A stretch of 40,834 bases of DNA from Nemertoderma westbladi (Eukaryota; Animalia; Xenacoelomorpha). The translations under genes and the position numbers were made by a program. The notes under the pieces are model-generated. The model had not been told where the DNA came from. It saw only the letters and a list, made by a program, of their open reading frames with translations, and searched no databases. Shown one piece after another: positions 1-9,776 of this stretch (position 1 is the first letter of the stretch; each line of letters starts with the position of its first letter). The DNA lies in the NCBI GenBank assembly GCA_032718475.1, contig JAUCBJ010002410.1:1-40834 (forward strand), given 5' to 3'.

Positions 1-17
1 TCCTGGATCCCGTCACA
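1..17 (+). mobile_element. 3' tip of an LTR related to the 9172-15598 element, nested in the protease region of BEL/Pao element 1
   Basis: TGGATCCCGTCACA (4-17) is identical to the last 14 nt of the LTRs ending at 9723 and 15598. The pol reading frame (SLHKEIGVLIGAD) follows directly. Confidence 0.6.
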
Positions 18-22
18 GCAGT

Positions 23-3000
23 TTGCATAAAGAGATTGGTGTTCTTATTGGGGCAGATTTGTACAACAATCTTGTTGATGCTGGAAATGTCCGCAAGGGG
101 CATCTAAGTGATCAGCCTGTTGCTACAAAATCTGTCTTTGGTTGGTTGTTAACAGGACCAATAGAAGAATCCGAAAATATGTCGACAGAAAATACAGCCT
201 TAGTTGCTAGCAATGATACCTGTGATTGTACAAGAGAATTAACAAAGATTCTCAAGACATTTTGGGAATTGGAATCAGCTGGAGTTTCAACTCCTGATCA
301 TGTTCATAACAATTTTTGTAAGGAAATCATGTTTGAAAATGGGCGATACTCAGTAAACTTGCCATGGAAAGACAATGTAGCGCCACTTCAAAATCATTAC
401 TCACTTTCACTTGGACGTCTCCAATCATTGGTTAAACGTTTCTTACGCAACCCCACACTTTATCATCGTTACAGTGAAGTTCTGAGTGACTACTGTAAAC
501 GCGGTTTTATTGAAGAAGTTAATGACCCAAGTGAATCATGTGGCATCACTCATTATATCCCTCATCATTGTGTTATAAGGGAAGATCACAACACAACAAA
601 GCTGCGAATAGTATTTGATGGTAGTGCCAGAGACTCAAAACAAGATTTACCACTCAATAACACATTGTATACTGGCCCTTCTCTGGTATCAAATATTGTT
701 TCGATTATGATTCGCTTTCGCTTGTATCAGTATGTGCTGTTGGCAGATATTGAAAACGCTTTTCTTATGGTTTCAGTAAACTCTGAACATCGTGATGCTT
801 TAAGGTTTTTATGGATGCAGAATCCTTTAGATCAAGCCAATGATACTGTCAAGGTTTATCGGTGGTGCAGAGTTCCATTTGGATTAAACCCATCCCCTTT
901 CTTATTACATGGTACTGTTAGTCATCATTTATCTGAGGAAAACAAATCACCACATGTCGATGATGCTACTAGTACTGCAATCAATGTACTAGGCAATGAT
1001 TTGTATGTTGACAACTTGCAAACAGGGGCAGACACAGTCAACGAAATATTATCATTGTATTATTATACAAAGACTATGCTCTTGAGAGGTGGATTTAATC
1101 TTAGGTCCTGGGAATCAAATTCTCTCCCAGCAAAACACATTATACATGAGTGTGAACAATCGATTGATAGCGTCCACAAGCCACCTCAAGTCCCAACAAA
1201 TTCACTTTCCTCCCATTCGTTTACACTCAATCAAATGAACACTGACAATAGCTACATGAAGGTATTAGGCATTGAGTGGTCACCAATGCAAGATGATTTC
1301 AAATACTCATTTAGAAATATCCTTCAATTAATTGACACACTCCCACCTACTAAACGTAGTATACTCAAGATAACTGGCCGCATCTTTGATCCAATGGGTT
1401 TTTTTAGTCCCATTGTCACCCAGTTAAAGGTATTATTTCAAGAACTTATTGGATTCAACTGGGACAGTGTATTGTCACCAGATTTAAACAAAAGGTGGAA
1501 ATCTTTCATTTATAACCTTGCATCATTAAATGATATTACCATTCCAAGGATTTACTTTCCAGATTCAAATGCATTTGTTTCTCATTTAGTAGAGTATGGA
1601 GAGTTACATGCATTCGGGGATGCATCTAAAAAGGCATATGCAGCATGTATTTACTTGTGTCTGCGGAAACCAAATCAAACCCCCCAATCTACACTAGTGG
1701 TTGCAAAGTCTCGAGTCGCACCTTTGAAGGAACAATCTTCATCGAAGTCTTCATCTAAGCCCCCATCAATGCCCCGTCTAGAACTATTGGCTGCAGTTTT
1801 GGCAGCTCGCTTGCTGAACACAGTTCTTGATTCTTTGCTACCACTCAAACTCACGCCTAAGTTTTTTTGTTGGTCTGACTCTCAAAATGTAATTTGTTGG
1901 ATTCGCAATACAACCAAGGAGTTCAAACCATTTATCGAAAATAAGGTCCGCGAAATCCGATCCTTAACTCAACCAAATATTTGGAATCATGTTCCTGGAA
2001 CTAGTAATCCAGCAGATGTGGCAACTCGTCCAATTTCACACGAAAAATTTCGTGATTGTAGTATGTGGTGGTATGGCCCATCATGGATACTAAACCCAGC
2101 TTCTGAATGGCCTTCCACTAATAAGATAGAAATACAAGAACAACACCTACTTCAAACAACACTAGTTATTGCAACAAACGACATTATAGAACCAACAAAA
2201 CCATCAATTAATTCAGTGATAAATTCAGAGAAGTTCAGCTCTTACATTAAACTACTTCGCTGTACATGCTATGTAATTCGATTCATTAATAATTTGAAGT
2301 CAAAGGTTAAAGGTAATACTAAATAAACATATGGCCCAATAACCACATCTGAACTTAGATCTTCCGAGAAACTTTGGATTCGAGAAACGCAATCTATCGA
2401 ATTTAAGACTAAACTAATCTACATGAAATCAAAACAAGGGAAATGTCCATCTCTTCTAAATAGTCTAAAGTTATTCTTGGATAAAGATGATATTCTGCGG
2501 TATGAAACTCGTCTTCAAAATGCTCAATTGAAATATGATCAGATATTTCCTATTATTTTGCACAAAAATTCACACCTTAGCTCATTAATCATCAGTGATG
2601 CTCACAATCAAGTTATTCATAGTGGTGTTCAAGATACTCTAATACAACTACGGACACGTTTCTGGATACCACAGGGTAGACAACGTGTTAAGTCAATTTT
2701 GCATCGCTGCGTACCTTGTAGAAGGATACAAGGATACCCTTACAGACTACCTCAAGCTCCACCCCTGCCTCCATTTCGTGTTGATCAGTCCTATCCATTC
2801 GCCAATGTTGGAATTGACATGGCTGGTCCACTTTATGTAAAGTCAGAAGTGTCTACTGACAGTACGTTGAAGGTTTACATTTGCCTTTATACATGCCCCA
2901 GCACAAGAGCAATTCATCTGGATTTACTTAACGATCTCACAAGTGAAACATTCATAAATTCGTTGAGGCAATTCATAGCTCGAAGAGGAGTCCCAATTCG

Positions 3001-3738
3001 CATCTTGTCTGACAATGGTGCCACGTTTAAAAGAGCATCGCGAGAATTAAAGAAACTCTATAAACAAATCGTGAAATCACCTGAAGTCATAACATATTGT
3101 TGCCAAAATAGAATAACTTGGCAATTTAATGTGGCTTTAGCCCCATGGTGGGGAGGCCTGTGGGAAAGGCTTGTTCAGTCAACCAAGAAATGTCTCCGCA
3201 AAGTTATTGGACGTGCCATATTGTCATCTGATGCTCTGAGAACAATCCTCGTAGAAGTCGAAGGAGTTCTCAATTCAAGACCACTTACCTATGTCGACAC
3301 TGAAGATAACGTTGACATATTAACTCCAAATCATCTTCTTTGTGGCCGTCGCCTAGGTTCATTACCTGATGAGACTGAAGTATCTGAACAATTGAGTGCA
3401 ACTCAAAACAGTCTTAGACAATCTTACAAACTACGGAAGAGTTTGATAGCTCAATTTTGGAAATCTTGGTTAGATGACTATCTTTGTTTCATGAAAAGTC
3501 AACATTGGACTAACACTAAAGACAACAAATCCAATATCAAGATTGGAGATATTGTGATTATACATCAAGCTCATATAAACCTCGTGCTTTCTGGAAGTTT
3601 GGTCGGATAGCAAAACTTATCCATGGCCGAGATGAGCGTGTCCGTGCAGCTGATGTCACAGTAGGACTAAAAAAGGTCGGAAACCATATTATACAGCGAC
3701 CAATAAGTTTACTATATCCACTTGAAGTTCAATCATAA
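23..3738 (+). pseudogene. pol: BEL/Pao pol polyprotein, disrupted
   Basis: Protease end VLIGAD; RT motifs YIPHH, KLRIVFDGS, ADIENAF, VPFGLNPSP, YVDN; RNase H motifs LHAFGDAS, PRLELLAA, WSDS, NPAD; integrase H-H-C-C (HNQVIH...CVPC), GIDMAGP, SDNG, WWGGLWERLV, LNSRPL. ORFs 23-2326 and 2423-3610 share a frame and are separated by one TAA at 2324-2326. A frameshift near 3575 moves WKFGRI...RPISLLYPLE* (stop ends 3738) to another frame. Confidence 0.93.
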
Positions 3739-3928
3739 AAAACAGGTGGATTAGTACTAAAAATGTTGAACTCAGAACCAAATGCACTACCTACTTAGAC
3801 ATGTTTGTTATTAATATTGATAGATATATTTAATAGTTTATACAGCATAATTATAAAATACCATTACATAGTGGAATATAATTATTTTAGATTATTATCA
3901 AACTCATGTATGAATATTACATATTCAT

Positions 3929-3938
3929 GGTGGGGAGA
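3929..3938 (+). other. Polypurine tract of element 1
   Basis: GGTGGGGAGA directly before the TG of the LTR. Confidence 0.8.
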
Positions 3939-4302
3939 TGTTGGAGATTTATATTAGCTTTTATAAACATTCTTCCCATAGTTTTTCTAAACATTATATT
4001 ATCATGATTATTAGTTGGCAATTTACCATTATACACAGGCTTACTTTGAAGTATTATATTTGTCACATTGTTACATTAATTAACAGCTGATTGAGGTTTA
4101 CTCTTTACCATTTACTCTTTTGATATTCATTGTTATTGTTGTTGTTTTTTGTTGTCGTAAAACTTTCAATAATATTGCCAATATGTATACTTATACTGTA
4201 GGAATAGCTCTGTTTATATATTAAATATACTATAAGATTATTGTTATTATATTCGACATCTTATACTAAAAACTCTTTATCAATCCTTCGGGAACCCCAA
4301 CA
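3939..4302 (+). repeat. 3' LTR of element 1 (about 364 bp)
   Basis: Starts TGTTGG after the PPT and ends CCAACA (6-bp terminal inverted repeat). The partner LTR is outside the window. Confidence 0.75.
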
Positions 4303-4989
4303 GATAGTATCACCTTGTTTCTTGCGTTACACGGGTTTATGAGGGTCCTGAATCCGATGGAATCAATAAAAACAGCAATGGACATCGCAAACTTGTACTT
4401 TTTGGTGATGGGTACGAAATTTGGTGCTAGCAGAAAAAATTTGCCAAATGACGCCGAAAAATACAAGTAACAATCATGGGGCATTTTAGAAATGTATTCC
4501 ATTAGAATCAGCGCCCTAGAAAACCTGAAAATGTGAATTTATAGCATCGTATAAGTGAATTAAAAATTTTGTGTTCTAACTGAAAAGTGCTGGTTACTTG
4601 TTTTTTTCATTTTTTCCTACACAGAGAGGACTAAACAGCAATTTATGGTAATCATATCATTTTTAAATATTTTCTAATGTATTTTGCGCCCCAGAAAACT
4701 TGTATTGGAAAACAATTAGCCGAAAAATGTAACTTTCAAATTTTGTGAAAATTGTGCACTACTTGTAATTTTTGTGCTGCAATATAACCACCCCATTACA
4801 TTTTTTCGAAATTTTTTTTCGGTCGGATCCAGACTAGTGATACCTACGTACAAACAAAAAATCAGCACCACTTATTGTTCCATAGGCGTTATTCACCCAT
4901 TGTGACTCTGGTGTGACCCATCTGTTTGTATTCACTTACTATTTATTATTGGGTGATGGAGACTTCATTCATGTTTATTTACTGAGGTT

Positions 4990-5330
4990 TATTGTGTCTT
5001 AATATTGATTTCTTTAAGGCCTTCGACTCTTGCAGAATATGGGATTCTGAGCTATCAGCAACATTTATGACTACTGCTGATCATGACAGGATTATGGGGA
5101 GTCCTTCAGAGTGACACACTTGCACACCATTCTTATTCATAATTGCAGTTATTATGTTCGAAAAATGTCCTTAGACCATCTTAATCCAGGAGTGAATCCA
5201 GCAAAGTTATCATTACTGATCTAGACTTTGCTGATGACTTAGGTATACTATCAGAATCAATAGATGGATCGCAACCACTCCTCTGTTAATTGGATCTGGT
5301 TGCTTCATGTGTTCGTCATTTTGTAAACGC
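4990..5330 (+). mobile_element. Degenerate non-LTR (RTE-like) RT fragments
   Basis: Encodes DFFKAFDS (about 5007-5030) and DLDFADDL (about 5218-5241). The DNA resembles 40390-40510. Confidence 0.65.
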
Positions 5331-5527
5331 GTCATTTTGTGTTCTGGAACACTTTTTTTGTTCTAGACATTTTTCGAAAAATTTAAATAGTACTCCGTAA
5401 AAATTTGGCTAGAGTTCCGCCCATGCCAACAATTTATTTTTACTCTAAAATGTGTATAGTTTACCTGATACTACTTTTTAATGTTAGTGTGAAGTATTCT
5501 AGCCAATATTTTCAAAAATACTAGCTA

Positions 5528-6362
5528 CTACTACTACTAGGTCGAGCGAACTCGGACAGTGGAAATGAGATAATTCCAGGCTTCCCGATTCTCCATAGTT
5601 GTCGCAATGTCGTTTCTCCAAAGTTCAGTATCCCTTTCAAGTTGATCTATATATGTTATGGCAGGTCGTCCACGACTACGCTTTCCATGAGTTGGTTGCC
5701 AGAGAAGTAGATCTGGTATGACCTCGTCTTTACTTCGCCAGCAGTGCCCACTGAATCTTAATCTGCGTTCACGGAGGGTGGTTGATACAGGTGGTATTGT
5801 ACCATAAAGCTCGGCGCTTGTCATGTGTTGTCTCCAGCTGATGTTTAGGGCTGCCCTTAGTAGTCTTGTGTAGCAACCATCAATTCGTTGTTCAAGTGAT
5901 TTAGTCAGTGTCCAGGTGCGTATACCCCCGTATCACCCCCATATAAAAATACACTTTCCACTGTGGCTCGAAAGAACTTAGTCTTCAGGTGCCTGGAGAG
6001 ATCTGATTTCCAGATGGTATCCATTTTTGATAGAGCTACCCAAGCCTTTGCTTTCCTAACTTCTATGTCCTTTTTGCTACTCTCTATCCATGATCCAAGG
6101 TACTGGAAGTCATCGACCTTCCTTAGTTGATTATTATCAATGGTTGTCAAGTTTCCATCAACATTAAAGGTCATGAATTCGGTCTTGGTAGCATTTATAT
6201 GCAATCCAACCTCCTCAGCAGCCCTCTCCACTTTATTTAGTAGAAGCTGTGCATCTGCTAGCGTATTAGAGAGCAGGGCGATGTCATCCGCAAAGTCGGT
6301 GTCTGTGACTGTAGTTTCCGGATATCTACTACTTCTGCGTTCTTGACTTAACTACGTTCTTG
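5528..6362 (-). mobile_element. 5'-truncated RTE-clade LINE copy with (TAG)n tail and 11-bp TSD
   Basis: Near-identical to 20227-21040. Has the FADD motif and the C-terminus RLRFSGHCWRS...RGRP. TSD AATACTAGCTA at 5517-5527 and 6363-6373. A small insertion near 5917-5934 shifts the frame. Confidence 0.92.
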
Positions 6363-6761
6363 AATACTAGCTAGTTAAAAAAATTTAGCTACCATTAAAA
6401 TATCTTCTAAGATATCTAGAATATATCTAGAACATTATCCAATAAAAAAAACAATGAAAAATACAAAAATGGTGACGCAAGCTATACCAGTGCTGTTCCG
6501 CCCATCCCCCCCCCCCCCCCCCCCATATTCAGACACTTTGTAAAAAAAATCCGCGAATTTCGCGACGTTTGCATAGCCAATATTTTAACTAACAAAATAT
6601 TACCGACGTTTGCGACGATCAATTCGAGATGTGAACGAAAATTCGCGACGAATCCGTCAGTTTCTGTGCGCTACTCCACATTTGTTATTTAAACATTATA
6701 AGTTCGGTTTAATATTTCGTAGTTTATTTTGGATTAGATAATAAGTACTTTATTAACTTAC

Positions 6762-7697
6762 CTTTTCAATTGTAAACGCAACAACCCAGGGTGTGCTTGC
6801 TAAAATAAATGAAGATGCAGCTCCAACTAATTGTAATATCATCTTCCTGTTCCGCGCTAGCACTCTATCATGTGATGCAGATTTAGCAACTGGTACAGTG
6901 ACTTGTACATCAACTGAATCAGTGGTGATTGGATTATCTTGGGTAGTTTCATTGAATGTAGTCTGATCACTGATTGGTCCATCCTTTAAAGGAGCAGAAT
7001 ACCTCATAATATCCCAGAAGGATATTCCTTTGTTTTTTGCTTGCCTTTTGAGCCACAATAGGAGATTGGCGGTTACCACCCCAACAAATATTATTGGGAT
7101 GTGAAAATTAGCAAATGATACAGCCAATTGAAAGTGCTTATTTATACCAGATCCTGCCATGCACATATTGTATTCAATGGATGCATAATAATCCTCTGCA
7201 GCACTTGATATATAATTGTAAAGTATGGGAATTGCTTGCAGTGATATACTTAATAACCATGGAAATGATATGAGGATTTTAATAATTAACTGTTGGTGGT
7301 TCATGTAAATTATTGGGATATGAACTGCAGCATATCTATCGAGAGCTATTGCTAATACAGTTAGACTGGAGCAACTGGATGCAGTCCAGTCAATTACGCT
7401 GTGTACAAAGCAGAATGGATATCCAAGGGGTAGGCCCCCCAACAATACGGTATGTAGGAATGATGGCCACATACCAAATATAGCTGTAAACATATCGGTA
7501 ATAATAAGAGATATTATTAAGTAGTTATTCATTGTCTGGAGAGATTTATCTGAGATATAAGTGATTATAGCGGTGAGGTTTATCAATATGGTTACTAATG
7601 TGATAATCCCATATATCGTTCCTATACTTATAACAATTTCTTCATTTAATTTAAATGGCCCATATAATGTGATGTTTTTAAGTACAATATCATCCAT
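6762..7697 (-). CDS. Class A (rhodopsin-like) GPCR, aminergic/muscarinic/histamine-receptor-like; exon encoding TM1-TM6
   Basis: N1.50 (LINL), NNYLIISLIITD (D2.50), C3.25, D3.32 (IDW), LDRY, W4.50, FHIP (P5.50), TM6 FILASTPW. The ORF runs into a perfect donor AAG|GTAAGT at 6762/6761. No TM7 NPxxY was seen in the window. Confidence 0.88.
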
Positions 7698-8229
7698 ATT
7701 GTTAAATACAACTTAAAGTTGATTATTCAAATTGTCAGATCAGATATACTGAGAAGATCACTAGCAGATGGTTTGATAGATACAAGTATTGTTCACTTGT
7801 ACTGTACAGTAGAGCGCATTAACTACATTATACAAATAAATTATAGATCAGTTGAGGTGTAGCTGCGCCTGATTTAGGTTGTGTCCCCTAAGTTTGGGAC
7901 ATATGTTTTTGGGGAACCCCCAATTAAAATTTGTTTTATATTGTTTTGGACAGTGCGTTATAGTATCAATACAAATTTTTAGCTATTTTATTGGAACTTT
8001 GGTAAATAGTTACTAATTAATTTCAGACAGATGTAAGATGCACAACAGTTCAGAATATACCACACAATAATTAATCCAATTCCGCTAACATGTGTTTAGT
8101 GGGGTGGGTTTGAAAACTTAACTTATATTAATTTAATACGTTACGGGAAAGGAGCAGGTTATAGTATCGGCATTTTCTAACCAATGCAATTTGCACTGGA
8201 GATCAATTTCATCAAATGTGTTCAATACG

Positions 8230-8830
8230 TGGGTAGATCACGAGGTCATCTGCATAGAATATGAATTTCAGGAAGGCCGATGCTGCTTCTCGAAGTGTTA
8301 AAGCGACATCGCAATAAAAATGATAAAGCAGTAGGTGAAAAACAGTCTCCTTGAAGCACACTGCAGAGTTGGGTTATTATATTTGAGAGTGAGATGCCAT
8401 CGAATATCCGGATAGAGTTTTCCAACAAGAAGGCCTTGACAAGGTCGTATATCTTCCCACGAATTCCAAAGTTATAAAGCTTATAAAGCAGAGCCGCATG
8501 GCTGACCGTGTCGAATGCTTTCTGGAAGTCTATAAAGACTGCATACATAACATTCCCTCCAGATCATGAGCCATGAAGAGCAGTTGATATGTCTGTCGCA
8601 CAGAAGTTTAGAAATCGCCTGACCAGTGTTCTTCCCAGACATGAAACCGTATTGCTCCCTCGGAATTTGCGACTTTGTGTGATAGCTAATCCGCTTATTT
8701 ATAATTGAAATGAGAGTTTTTAGGAAAATACACAGTAAGGCTATTCCTCTATATTTGTTTGGCTTTGTATAGGATTTTTATAAAGCTCTGTTTCCAAATG
8801 GCAGGAAGTCTACATGCATCGAGACAAAGG
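8230..8830 (-). mobile_element. Degenerate CR1/L2-group LINE RT fragment
   Basis: KYRGIAL, EQYGFMSG, AVFIDFQKAFDTVSH, KLYNFGIRGK, VLQGDCFSP; multiple frameshifts. Confidence 0.75.
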
Positions 8831-9171
8831 TTAAATAGTAGGATGGGTCAAATTTAACTTCTTTTCGAATTTCAACTTTTCCCTATTAAAAGTTTTTGTA
8901 GAACCAAATTTTAGGAGGATTGGTCAAAACTAAATTTTATCAAACTAATTTTTAACCCCTGCACATTTAAATTTAACATTTTCGAAATAGCATAAATATA
9001 AAATTTTTCGAAAAAAAATTGTATGCAATAATTCCATTTCCCCTACATTAGACTAGACACCTTCTAGTCATCGAAAATGATGAAATAAGAATAAAAAATA
9101 CTAAGTAGAATTGCGTTTGACCCAAGCACATGATATTTCAAAATGTACTTTTTTTTTAATTTTGGAAAAAC

Positions 9172-9723
9172 TGTTAACTTATCCAATTCCGCTAACCTAC
9201 CCCATAAAGTGAGCCGTTAAGCAATATTGGGAACACGAGGTTGATTACCAATATCAACCTCGTGTCACCCCAACAAAGTGGGAAGGAAAAACACACGCAC
9301 AATAGGGGTCAGGGGTTACACCCCTGAAAGAGAGAGAATAGCAGGGGCGAAGGGAAGCACTTCAGAGGGGGGCAAAGGGTGACAACAGAGTTATTAGCCA
9401 ATGGGGGGGAAGCACCGGCTGACTAACGTAACTTGGCCAACCGTGCAATATATATATTATCAGTACAACTATCATTTAGTCAGTGTGTCATTTGGTGTTA
9501 GTTAGGTTAGTTTAGCTAGGGAAGTACCGGGACTTTAATCACCATCTCCCGCCTTCCGTTTACTATCATTCAATTACTGATTCTGTATACCAGCTATCAT
9601 TTAACTATTATACCCGAAAGACTATATACAACAATCAACAGACTCTTTTCACCTTTCACACACGGCGGGGACGCGTAGATTAATAAACCGGATAAATCGG
9701 GATCCTTCGTGGATCCCGTCACA
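9172..9723 (+). repeat. 5' LTR of element 2
   Basis: Direct repeat of 15049-15598 with roughly 9 substitutions and a 2-bp indel (counted by eye). TATA-like TATATA at about 9449, AATAAA at 9682-9687, terminal hairpin CGGGATCC-TTCGT-GGATCCCG. Confidence 0.95.
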
Positions 9724-9776
9724 GTGATTAAAACCCAAACTGCTGCCCTAGTTTAACAGTGATTTTAGATATAAAG

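Larger units (their letters stand above)
18..4302 (+). mobile_element. BEL/Pao LTR retrotransposon (element 1), 3' portion: protease end-RT-RNase H-integrase-PPT-3' LTR
   Basis: Pao-type pol motifs in PR-RT-RH-IN order, followed by a polypurine tract and a TG...CA LTR. Confidence 0.95.

Noticed and set aside
2324-2326. Programmed readthrough between RNase H and integrase in element 1
   Set aside because: BEL/Pao pol is normally continuous here, and this copy has another frameshift and a nested insertion, so simple decay is more likely.
4266-4502. Candidate TM7 exon of the GPCR (contains LINP)
   Set aside because: No NPxxY motif or convincing TM7 pattern, and the ORF runs into the element 1 LTR.
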